Below are positions 56,204-64,000 of a stretch of 64,000 nucleotides of DNA, in pieces. A model generated the notes under the pieces. The model saw only the letters and a program-made list of their open reading frames with translations. It ran no database searches and was not told the origin of the DNA. A program made the position numbers and the translations under genes. The DNA comes from Clostridiales bacterium (GTDB lineage Bacteria; Bacillota; Clostridia; Christensenellales; CAG-138): positions 2,118 to 66,117 of the forward strand of contig SFIR01000002.1 in NCBI GenBank assembly GCA_004556165.1, in the 5' to 3' direction. The first letter of the stretch is position 1; every line of letters starts with the position of its first letter.

Positions 56204-56821
56204 ATGAAATGCATTAAATGCGATAATGAGGCTATGGAGAATGAAGTCCTTTGCGCCGAATGCGCCGCAAAGGAAAGAAACATCAATAATGAAGAACAAA
56301 TGGAGACTGAAAAGCTGACTGAAGAAGTGAAGGTTGAGATAACATCAACCGAAGTCGAGAATTCGGAAGATAACCATGTTATCACAGAGCAGGATGTTCC
56401 TCAGGCTGCTAACTCCGTCCCTGCATATGTCCCCACGGCAAGCCCTGCCTACGATGGATTTTCTATGAATCAGGATGCTGCACCGCATGAGGAAAAGAAA
56501 AAGGAAAAGGAAAAGGGTTACGATCCGGCTCTTGTCAAGAAAATGCAGGCGCAGCTTAAGCCGTTAAGCACTTGGGGCTTCTTCTGGCGCGAAGCAATAT
56601 GCTTCATACCCATAATCAATCTTGCTTTCCTGTTCGTTTTTGCCTTCGCTGACGGCATTAACCTTAACAGCCGAGCGTTTGCGAGATCAAAGCTCATCAG
56701 GTATTTGATATATACCGTGATTCTGCTTGCGGCACTTGTATTGTACTTTATATTCCAAGAAGAAATCATGAATGTTATACATGCAGTAATAGATAATCTG
56801 TATAAATACATTCATTATTGA
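56204..56821 (+). CDS. zinc-ribbon / membrane protein of unknown function
   Basis: The ATG lies 7 nt after AGGAGG. N-terminal 'CIKCDNEAMENEVLCAEC' zinc ribbon, an acidic linker, then two or three TM helices. Confidence 0.6.
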   Translation: MKCIKCDNEAMENEVLCAECAAKERNINNEEQMETEKLTEEVKVEITSTEVENSEDNHVITEQDVPQAANSVPAYVPTASPAYDGFSMNQDAAPHEEKKKEKEKGYDPALVKKMQAQLKPLSTWGFFWREAICFIPIINLAFLFVFAFADGINLNSRAFARSKLIRYLIYTVILLAALVLYFIFQEEIMNVIHAVIDNLYKYIHY

Positions 56822-56938
56822 TCAATTCTGTTTTGGCACAATAATCCGGAATTGTATACTCAAAATGGGTTCCAATTCCGGTTTTGTTATGTTATAATAA
56901 GTAGAATCGAATCTACTCTCTGTATTTGGAGGATTGTT

Positions 56939-58162
56939 GTGAACGAATTTATAAATGTCAAGTCTGAGATTGGCCGTCTGCGCAGGGTCATGCTTCATCG
57001 TCCCGGGATCGAGCTCGCAAATCTGATGCCGGATTATCTTGAACGCATGCTTGCAGAGGATACTCCCGATGTCCGAAGGGCAGGCGAAGAACATGATGTA
57101 TTTGCGAATATTCTTCGCTCAAACGGAGTCGATGTCGTGTACATCGAGGATATGTTCACCGATGTTGTGCGAGATGAAGCGGTCAAAAAGAGTTTTATTC
57201 ATGACTTCGTTGAAATAGGTGTCCATGGAATAAGCCTGAAGAAGGCCGTTGCCGAATATCTCGATGCGATTCCATATGATAAGCTGTTTGATACGGTAGC
57301 AAAGGGCATTACCCGTGACGATTTGAAGGACATAAAGGAAAAACCCATTCAGTTTTACGTTAAGGATGATTATCCGTTCCTTACCGATCCGCTCCCCAAC
57401 ATCTATTTCACAAGAGATATCAGCTTCAGCATCGGTACGGGCATTGCCATATCCGCAATGAGTATGCCTGCAAGAATGCGCGAGACGCTTTTCGTTCGCT
57501 ACATTCATAAATACCATCCTTTGTTTGGCGCAGGAAGCGTTGATCTTCTTTACGACTATAATTGCGGCTGCGGCATTGAAGGCGGTGACGTGCTGTCGCT
57601 GTCTGATCGCTGCGTAGCGATAGGCTGCGGCGAAAGGACAAGCTCCGCCGCTATCGAGAGGCTGGCTGGGACATTGTTTGAGAGGGGCTATGAAAAAGTA
57701 CTTTTATTCAAAAATCCCAGCTCAAGAACCTATATGCACCTTGATGTGCTGATGACTCATATTGATTACGATAAATTCCTTGCACATCCCTGCATTGCCC
57801 ATAAATGGTTCGATATTTATGAGCTTACTCCCGGGAACAACGGCGAACTGAACATTAGCTGCACCACGGACGGCACAGAGCATGTGCTTGAGAGGGCTTT
57901 GGGTCTCGATAAGGTCAGCTTTGTCGAGATTGCGGGCGGTGATCCTATACAGTACAGACGCGAACACTGGAACATGGGTGCTAATTCGCTTGCGATGGCA
58001 CCGGGCTCCATTATCACCTATGACAGGAATACTATCACTAATGAACTCATCGACAAAGCAGGCGTTAAGGTCAGCCCGATCCCCGGCGGCGAACTCAGCC
58101 GCGGCAGAGGCGGTCCCCGCTGCATGAGCATGCCCATGCTTAGGGATGAGATCCGGAAATAA
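56939..58162 (+). CDS. arcA: arginine deiminase
   Basis: 'VKSEIGRLRRVMLHRPG', 'NIYFTRD' and the C-terminal catalytic Cys 'GGPRCMSMPMLRD'. GTG start lies 6 nt after GGAGG. Confidence 0.9.
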   Translation: MNEFINVKSEIGRLRRVMLHRPGIELANLMPDYLERMLAEDTPDVRRAGEEHDVFANILRSNGVDVVYIEDMFTDVVRDEAVKKSFIHDFVEIGVHGISLKKAVAEYLDAIPYDKLFDTVAKGITRDDLKDIKEKPIQFYVKDDYPFLTDPLPNIYFTRDISFSIGTGIAISAMSMPARMRETLFVRYIHKYHPLFGAGSVDLLYDYNCGCGIEGGDVLSLSDRCVAIGCGERTSSAAIERLAGTLFERGYEKVLLFKNPSSRTYMHLDVLMTHIDYDKFLAHPCIAHKWFDIYELTPGNNGELNISCTTDGTEHVLERALGLDKVSFVEIAGGDPIQYRREHWNMGANSLAMAPGSIITYDRNTITNELIDKAGVKVSPIPGGELSRGRGGPRCMSMPMLRDEIRK

Positions 58163-58213
58163 TATTTTCCGGAATAAAACATAGTATTATTGATCGATTC
58201 GTATCATTACCTG

Positions 58214-58254
58214 AGGAATATGTTCAATATCGGATAAAGAACATATTCCTTTTT
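58214..58254 (+). terminator. rho-independent terminator after arcA
   Basis: AGGAATATGTTC (58214-58225) pairs with GAACATATTCCT (58239-58250), followed by TTTT. Confidence 0.65.
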
Positions 58255-58277
58255 ATAAGCAGAAAGGACTTTAACGA

Positions 58278-59813
58278 ATGAACCAACAATTGCTCGAAAA
58301 ACTTAAAGAAGCCCTTTCATCGGTGCTGCCGGTTACGCTCATCGTAGTCGTGCTTCAATTCTTCTTCAGAATGCCGACAAATACTTTTATAGCATTTCTG
58401 ATAGGCGCATTTCTTCTTATTGTAGGTATGTGCCTGTTCACGCTCGGCGCAGATACGGCTATGATGCCGATGGGCGAAAGGGTCGGCTCGCATCTTGTAA
58501 AATCGGGGAGCTACAAAGTGCTCATTCCGATTGTATTGGCTATCGGCGCAATCATCACAATTGCCGAACCGGATCTTCAGGTACTTGCAAATCAATTCAG
58601 CTCAATCAATAAGTGGGTGGTAATTCTCACTGTTGCAGCCGGAGTCGGTGTTTCGCTCGTACTTGCGTTCGTAAGGGTTATAAAGAATGTGGAGCTAACG
58701 AAAGTTCTCCTTGCGATGTATGTACTCATGTTTGCGATGGCAGGTACTGTTGCCGTATCAAACCCAAATATCGTACCGGTAGCATTTGACTCCGGCGGCG
58801 TCACGACGGGCCCCATAACCGTTCCGTTCATTATGGCATTGGGTCTCGGCTTTGCAACGGTTCGCGGCGGCAAGCATGCCCAGGATGACAGCTTCGGCTT
58901 AGTTGCCCTCTGCTCTGTCGGACCGATACTTGCAATGCTGACGCTTGGAATTGTAACAGGTGTTTCCGAAGTGACAAGCGATATTGGCACGGCACCCGAA
59001 TATATGAACTTTGCCGATATACTCGGCGGCTTCGGGAGAGGCATGATCAGCTGCATAAAGGAAGTCGCGCTTGCGCTGCTTCCGATAATCGCTTTGTTCC
59101 TTCTCTTCCAGGTGATTTTTATGCATCTGCCGAAGAAGAATCTTGCAAGGATAGGTATCGGCCTTGTTTACACCTTTGTCGGTCTTGTTCTCTTCCTCAC
59201 GGGCGTAAATGTCGGCTTCATGCCGGCAGGCCTGTATCTCGGCAATGCGATAGCCGCCTCATCCGTATCATGGATACTCGTTCCCATCGGCATGATTCTC
59301 GGCTTCTTTGTCGTTATGGCTGAGCCTGCGGTACGGGTGCTTAATAAACAGGTTGAGGAACTGACTGTCGGCGCTATCTCTCAGCGTGCAATGCTTTTGA
59401 GCCTGTCAATCGGTGTCGCAATTTCCATAGGAATATCCATGCTTCGCGTACTCACCGGAATTTCAATCTGGTATTTCCTCATACCGGGTTACGCACTGGC
59501 AATAGAGCTTTCGTTTTTCTCACCTAAGATTTTTACCGTTATTGCTTTTGACTCGGGCGGCGTTGCCTCGGGCCCAATGACTGCAACCTTCATGCTGCCG
59601 CTTGCTCTCGGTGCCTGCGCAGCGCTTGGAGGCAACCTTTCTACCGATGCGTATGGTCTTGTTGCGATGGTTGCATTAACGCCTCTTATTACTATCCAAA
59701 TTATGGGTGTTGCTTATAAGGCGAAGCTCCGCCGCGCCAATAAGGCAACGAGCATCAGCGATAATAATGACGTAACAATTATCGAATTCGACCTTGACTT
59801 GGAGGATATCTGA
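58278..59813 (+). CDS. DUF1538 family membrane protein, internally duplicated (two DUF1538 repeats)
   Basis: 511 aa polytopic protein. Both halves carry 'LFTLGADTAMMPMG' / 'LFLTGVNVGFMPAG' and 'AFDSGGVTTGPITVPF' / 'AFDSGGVASGPMTATF'. Confidence 0.8.
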   Translation: MNQQLLEKLKEALSSVLPVTLIVVVLQFFFRMPTNTFIAFLIGAFLLIVGMCLFTLGADTAMMPMGERVGSHLVKSGSYKVLIPIVLAIGAIITIAEPDLQVLANQFSSINKWVVILTVAAGVGVSLVLAFVRVIKNVELTKVLLAMYVLMFAMAGTVAVSNPNIVPVAFDSGGVTTGPITVPFIMALGLGFATVRGGKHAQDDSFGLVALCSVGPILAMLTLGIVTGVSEVTSDIGTAPEYMNFADILGGFGRGMISCIKEVALALLPIIALFLLFQVIFMHLPKKNLARIGIGLVYTFVGLVLFLTGVNVGFMPAGLYLGNAIAASSVSWILVPIGMILGFFVVMAEPAVRVLNKQVEELTVGAISQRAMLLSLSIGVAISIGISMLRVLTGISIWYFLIPGYALAIELSFFSPKIFTVIAFDSGGVASGPMTATFMLPLALGACAALGGNLSTDAYGLVAMVALTPLITIQIMGVAYKAKLRRANKATSISDNNDVTIIEFDLDLEDI

Positions 59814-59814
59814 T

Positions 59815-60192
59815 ATGAGCGTATTAGGCAGTGAACGTATCGAATTCATTACATGCATTGTGGCAAGAGGCAAAGGAAAGCAGGTAATCGAGCTTGCAAA
59901 AGAAGAGGGAATATCATATAGCTTGATAATGCTCGGAAGAGGCACTGCGGATAGTGAAACCTTATCGCTGCTCGGTCTCGGCGAGACGGAGAAAGATATT
60001 GTCATGCTGACGGTTGCATTTTCACAGCGAGATTTGATAATGAATAAAATATCGGAGCGCATGCATCTTGACGAACCGGGTCACGGGATTGCATTTTCAA
60101 TTCCGTTATCAGCAATGGCGCTTCAGCAGGATACTTTTGATCTTTTGTCAGGCATGCTGAATAAGATAAACCAAGAACATCAGGAGGCTTAA
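59815..60192 (+). CDS. PII-like signal transduction protein (divergent)
   Basis: The ATG lies 1 nt after the DUF1538 stop and follows GGAGGA. The roughly 125 aa beta-alpha-beta pattern 'IEFITCIVARGKGKQVIELAKEEG...LGRGTADSE...EKDIVMLTV' looks PII-like with a T-loop-like 'GRGT'. Confidence 0.65.
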   Translation: MSVLGSERIEFITCIVARGKGKQVIELAKEEGISYSLIMLGRGTADSETLSLLGLGETEKDIVMLTVAFSQRDLIMNKISERMHLDEPGHGIAFSIPLSAMALQQDTFDLLSGMLNKINQEHQEA

Positions 60193-60546
60193 ATGATAAA
60201 GTACGATTTGATACTGACCGTTGTAAACCGCGGATATGCTGATGAAGTTATGAAAGCTGCGAAGAAGGCAGGCGCATTCGGAGGTACGGTTTTGAACGCA
60301 AGGGGAACCGGAACAAATGAATTGCAGGAGTTCTTCGGTGCGCTTATTCAGCCTGAAAAGGATCTCATAATGATTTTAACGGAACGTGAAAAGCGCAATG
60401 ATATAATGACTGCGATAAGTATTGATGCAGGATTGGCTCAGAAGGGCAAGGGCATTAGCTTTTCGCTTCCTGTGGATGCAGTAACCGGTATCAGTGCGCT
60501 TGCCGAAAAGGAATCCGAAGAGAAAATTACCGAAAAAAACGCTTGA
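60193..60546 (+). CDS. PII-like signal transduction protein
   Basis: The ATG abuts the upstream stop. 'YDLILTVVNRGYADEVMKAAKKAGAFGGTVLNARGTGTNE...EKDLIMILTE' has PII fold periodicity. Confidence 0.7.
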   Translation: MIKYDLILTVVNRGYADEVMKAAKKAGAFGGTVLNARGTGTNELQEFFGALIQPEKDLIMILTEREKRNDIMTAISIDAGLAQKGKGISFSLPVDAVTGISALAEKESEEKITEKNA

Positions 60547-60571
60547 CAAGCAAATCAAATGAGGCTATAAT
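60543..60571 (+). promoter_or_regulatory. perfect-consensus sigma-A promoter of the pheST T-box leader
   Basis: TTGACA (60543-60548), 17 nt spacer, TATAAT (60566-60571). Confidence 0.75.
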
Positions 60572-60577
60572 ACGCGT

Positions 60578-60880
60578 AATTTGACGCCGATAGTGATGTC
60601 GGTTTGTCAACAGCTGATTCAGTTTGATGAATGGCATTGATGGAGAAAAGATTATCACACCGTCCAAAGAGAGGCTTGCGTTTGCTGGGAGCAGGCCGGC
60701 GGAGGATGATCACAAAGTTCGCTCCGGAGCTGTGAGGGTGAAGCCTGTTTGGGTGCGTAGTCCCCACCGTGTAAGCACGTTACAGCTTATCTATGAGGCC
60801 GTAGTTCTCTGCGGCGAATTAGGGTGGTACCACGAGAAAAGCACACTCGTCCCTTGGGACGAGTGTGCTTATATTTTTAT
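60578..60880 (+). promoter_or_regulatory. T-box riboswitch leader, Phe (UUC) specifier, with terminator/antiterminator
   Basis: Stem I has the AGAGAG bulge (60667-60672), helices GATTATC/GATGATC and GGAG/CTCC, and a specifier loop 'ACAAAGUUCG' with UUC at 60718-60720. An F-box-like CGTTAC is present. The T-box core AATTAGGGTGGTACCACG lies at 60817-60834. The terminator AAGCACACTCGTCCC / GGGACGAGTGTGCTT is followed by ATATTTTT. Confidence 0.88.
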
Positions 60881-60935
60881 AATGCATATTTTGAAATGCA
60901 CATAGTAATAGTGCATTGGAATAGGAGTAATAATC

Positions 60936-61958
60936 ATGCTTGAAGAACTTGCAAAAATTCGCGAGAACGCTCTGGCAAGACTGAAAGAGGTTAAGTCCGA
61001 GGCCGAGCTTAACGAACTTAACATCGAGATATTGGGCAGAAACGGAGCATTAACGGGTATTCTTCGCTCAATGGGCAAGCTTTCGCCGGAAGAACGCGCG
61101 GAGCTTGGAAAGTCTGCAAATGCCGCGAAACAGGCCCTTGCCGAGGCATTCGGCGCCCGCAAGGCTGCAATGGTTGAGCTGGCTGAAAAACGCAGGAACG
61201 AGAAGGAAGCTTTGGACGTTACTCTTCCCGGAATTCAGACCGTTCCTCTCGGCAAACTAAATCCGCTTACTGTCGTGTATCGTGAGATACGCGATGCGCT
61301 CATAGGCCTTGGCTTTACGACATTTGAAGGCCCGGAGATAGAGTATGATGATTATAACTTCACAAAGCTCAATCTTCCGCTTGATCACCCGGCACGCGAT
61401 ATGCAGGATACATTCTATATCGACGACAAGACTTTGCTGCGTACTCATACATCGCCCTGTGAAGCAAGGGCTCTGATGACGATGAAGCCACCGTTCCGCC
61501 TTGTTATCCCGGGCAGGGTGTTCCGCGTTGATGAACCCGATGCCAGCCACAGCCCCGTCTTTATGCAGATTGAAGGACTCGTTGTTGATAAGGATCTGAC
61601 GCTTGCGGATCTTAAGGGTACGATTGATACTTTCGTAAAGGCTGTCTTTGGCGAAAACGTGAAATCAAGGCTTCGCCCCAGTTATTTCCCATTCACCGAA
61701 CCGTCTGCGGAGGTCGATATAAGCTGTACCATCTGCGGCGGCAAAGGCTGTAGCTCCTGTAAGGGAACGGGCTGGATGGAAATCATGGGATGCGGCATTA
61801 CAAATCCGCATGAGATCGAAAACTGCGGGCTCGATCCCAAGGAATGGAAGGCGTTCGCTTTCGGCGTCGGCGTTGACAGAGTTGCATGCCTCAAATACGG
61901 AATCAACGATGTCCGTTTGATCTATGAGGGCGATGCGCGTTTTCTGAAACAGCTTTGA
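60936..61958 (+). CDS. pheS: phenylalanine--tRNA ligase alpha subunit
   Basis: 'HPARDMQDTFY', 'LLRTHTSP' and 'FPFTEPSAEVD' class II motifs. Confidence 0.95.
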   Translation: MLEELAKIRENALARLKEVKSEAELNELNIEILGRNGALTGILRSMGKLSPEERAELGKSANAAKQALAEAFGARKAAMVELAEKRRNEKEALDVTLPGIQTVPLGKLNPLTVVYREIRDALIGLGFTTFEGPEIEYDDYNFTKLNLPLDHPARDMQDTFYIDDKTLLRTHTSPCEARALMTMKPPFRLVIPGRVFRVDEPDASHSPVFMQIEGLVVDKDLTLADLKGTIDTFVKAVFGENVKSRLRPSYFPFTEPSAEVDISCTICGGKGCSSCKGTGWMEIMGCGITNPHEIENCGLDPKEWKAFAFGVGVDRVACLKYGINDVRLIYEGDARFLKQL

Positions 61959-61973
61959 TCGGAGGGCAAAACT

Positions 61974-64000
61974 ATGAAACTACCGCTTAAATGGCTTAAA
62001 GACTATGTTGATTATAATGTAACTCACGAGGAATTCGCAAACAGAATGCTTCTTCGAGGCTTCGAGGTCGCCGAGATAATTCCTGAAATGCCCGGGATCA
62101 AGAATGTTTATGTTTGCACTATTACCGGTATCGAGCAGCATCCAAACGCCGAGAGGCTTCGCATTTGTGATGTCGATGTGGGCAGGGAAGAACCGCTCAA
62201 GATAGTTACCAATGCAACCAATGTAACTGTCGGCTGTCAGGTCCCCGTTGCATTGGATGGTGCGGTGCTCGCCGACGGTATGGAGATAAAGCCGACCAAA
62301 ATGCGCGGCGTCATGAGCTACGGCATGTTCTGCGGCGGAGCTGAGCTTGGTATTACCGATGCAGAATACGAGGGAGCAAGCAATGACAGCGTTCTTATCC
62401 TCAACGAACAACACGAGAACGGTCAGCGCATACAGGAAGCTCTTGATCTTGACGATGTTATTTTTATTATTGAATTGACTCCGAACAGACCGGACTGCCA
62501 GAGTATCATCGGTATTTGCCGCGAGGCCGCAAGTGCGCTCGGGCAGAAATTCCATGAACCGGTAATCGAAGCTATAACCGGGGAAGGCGATGCTTCCGAC
62601 TATGCTTCGGTTACGATATTAAATCCGGAGCTTTGCCCCAGATACTGTGCAAGGGTAGTTACAGATCTGAAGATCGAACCTTCACCTCGTTGGATGCAGC
62701 AAAGGCTTCGCCTTGTCGGGCTTCGTCCCATCAACAATATCGTCGATATTACCAACTATGTTTTGGTTGAATACGGTCATCCAATGCATGCTTTTGACCT
62801 TGCCTGTGTAGAAGACGGGCATATTATCGTCCGTAACGCATATGAGGGCGAGCATGTCACAACGCTTGACGGCAAAGAACGCATCATGAGCGAAGATATG
62901 CTTCTGATTGCAGATCCCAATAAGGGCGTAGGCATTGCAGGTGTAATGGGCGGAGAAAACTCCGAGATTACCGCGAATACTAAAGCAACGCTATTTGAAA
63001 GTGCGGTATTTATCCCTGCAAACATTCGTCATACGACTAAGAAACTGCATCATTCCACGGATTCTTCGGCACGCTTTGTTAAGGGCGTTGAAGCAGTCAA
63101 TGCTGAAGCTGCTGTCAATAGAGCAATTGAACTCGTACATAAGCTCAATGCAGGGCGCGTGATCGGAGGCATGATAGATGTATGCTCGGCGGATATCTCC
63201 GAAAGGAAGGTATCGGCTGATTATGCACATGTAAATCGCATCCTTGATACCGATCTTAGCCCCGAGAAGATGTGTGAACTCCTTTCAAGCATAAATATTC
63301 CCTGCAAAATTGATGGGGATAAGCTCAATATAACGGTACCCCATTTCCGTACGGATATCGAATCCGGTATTGAAACCGATTGGGATATTGCAGAGGAGAT
63401 CGGAAGGCTGTACGGCTATGAGAATATTCCTGCAACGCTGATGAATGGCGATACATTCCAAGGAAAGATCGGCAAACGCTTTGCTTTTGAGGACCTTATA
63501 AAGGATACTTTGGTTTCACTCGGCTTCATGGAGACCTATAATTTCAATTTTACTTCTCCTCAGGAATACGATAACCTTCTCATCCCGGAGAATGATGAAA
63601 AGAGGCAGACGGTAAGGCTTCGCAATCCGTTCGGAGAGGATCAGAGCTTAATGCGTACTACTCTGATAGGCGGAGCATTGCGGACAGCACTCGTCAACTG
63701 CAACCGTAAATCAGGCTGCGGCAGGTTCTTTGAAGTCGGTAACGTTCATTTCAACAACAATCCAGACGGCTTGCCAGAGGAACGTAAACTTGTTAATTTC
63801 ATGTGCTTTGGGCCTGTTGAAAGCTTTTATTCAGCGAAGGGCGCAATTGAACAGCTCTTCGGCGTACTTGGCATTGAGAATGCACGTTTTGAAGTCGGCG
63901 GAGGCGAGTATCTGCATCCGGGCAAAAAGGCGATCATAAAGGTTGATTCCGATGTGCTCGGTGAGATTGGTGCCGTAAACTCAAAGGTTCAGAAAGCCTT
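61974..64000 (+). CDS. pheT: phenylalanine--tRNA ligase beta subunit, 3'-truncated by window edge (absent from ORF track because no stop is reached)
   Basis: The ATG lies after GGAGGG. 'MKLPLKWLKDYVDY', the tRNA-binding domain 'HPNAERLRICDVDVG' and 'ELTPNRPDC'. The frame stays open to the window end. Confidence 0.93.
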   Translation, partial: MKLPLKWLKDYVDYNVTHEEFANRMLLRGFEVAEIIPEMPGIKNVYVCTITGIEQHPNAERLRICDVDVGREEPLKIVTNATNVTVGCQVPVALDGAVLADGMEIKPTKMRGVMSYGMFCGGAELGITDAEYEGASNDSVLILNEQHENGQRIQEALDLDDVIFIIELTPNRPDCQSIIGICREAASALGQKFHEPVIEAITGEGDASDYASVTILNPELCPRYCARVVTDLKIEPSPRWMQQRLRLVGLRPINNIVDITNYVLVEYGHPMHAFDLACVEDGHIIVRNAYEGEHVTTLDGKERIMSEDMLLIADPNKGVGIAGVMGGENSEITANTKATLFESAVFIPANIRHTTKKLHHSTDSSARFVKGVEAVNAEAAVNRAIELVHKLNAGRVIGGMIDVCSADISERKVSADYAHVNRILDTDLSPEKMCELLSSINIPCKIDGDKLNITVPHFRTDIESGIETDWDIAEEIGRLYGYENIPATLMNGDTFQGKIGKRFAFEDLIKDTLVSLGFMETYNFNFTSPQEYDNLLIPENDEKRQTVRLRNPFGEDQSLMRTTLIGGALRTALVNCNRKSGCGRFFEVGNVHFNNNPDGLPEERKLVNFMCFGPVESFYSAKGAIEQLFGVLGIENARFEVGGGEYLHPGKKAIIKVDSDVLGEIGAVNSKVQKA

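Noticed and set aside
1-64000. A search for CRISPR arrays, IS elements/transposases, integrases, rRNA genes, additional tRNAs and toxin-antitoxin pairs.
   Set aside because: No regularly spaced direct repeats were seen. No DDE or tyrosine-recombinase-like ORFs were seen. No second TTCGAAT/TTCAAAT T-loop context forming a cloverleaf was seen. No small adjacent two-gene cassettes typical of TA systems were seen by eye. A computational scan (tRNAscan-SE, Infernal/Rfam, ISEScan, minced) should confirm this.

Overview
This 64 kb window is a chromosomal segment from an endospore-forming Firmicute of class Clostridia. The taxon call is an inference from gene content: a spoIIAA-spoIIAB-sigF operon, spoVAC, a gerA-type germinant receptor operon, ylbJ, and a secreted peptidase carrying a type I dockerin, which suggests an Oscillospiraceae/Ruminococcaceae-like cellulosome or amylosome organism. 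All functional calls rest on motifs read from the supplied ORF translations and on synteny; no database search was possible.

Most of the window is tightly packed core metabolism and information processing:
- rnfA (partial) with a NusG-domain-II / Gx-transporter pair
- an aroB-aroA-aroC-(chorismate mutase::shikimate kinase) operon
- rsmA, a class B PBP, and an aminotransferase
- a yitT-TIGR01440-trkH-trkA operon
- recX-birA-nnr
- a block syntenic with the B. subtilis ylb region (rsmD-coaD-ylbJ-ylbM/tmcAL-ylbN-rpmF, with ackA inserted)
- ftsY-smc-rnc-acpP-plsX, glyA, rpsU (missed by the ORF track), glnS, arcA
- a T-box(Phe)-controlled pheS-pheT

I recognised one RNA gene, tRNA-Leu(UAA). No CRISPR array, IS element, transposase or intact prophage was seen.

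Accessory or unusual spots, in order of interest:
1. A visibly AT-rich islet abutting the 3' end of tRNA-Leu. It encodes an orphan protein with an N-terminal nucleoside-2-deoxyribosyltransferase-like Rossmann domain fused to a TPR-like helical domain, with its own consensus promoter. This is my best candidate for an undescribed single-gene conflict or defence system.
2. A translationally coupled serine-palmitoyltransferase-like alpha-oxoamine synthase plus SDR reductase pair, suggesting sphingoid or sulfonolipid-type amino-lipid chemistry in a Firmicute.
3. An internally duplicated DUF1538 membrane protein coupled to two PII-like proteins, next to a lone arcA.
4. A large-serine-recombinase homologue that has lost its catalytic residues.
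5. A receiver-less Spo0A DNA-binding-domain paralogue.
6. Smaller oddities: a compact SigF lacking region 3, an orphan spoVAC, a frameshifted NusG-II gene, and small unannotated membrane ORFs after sigF and gerC.
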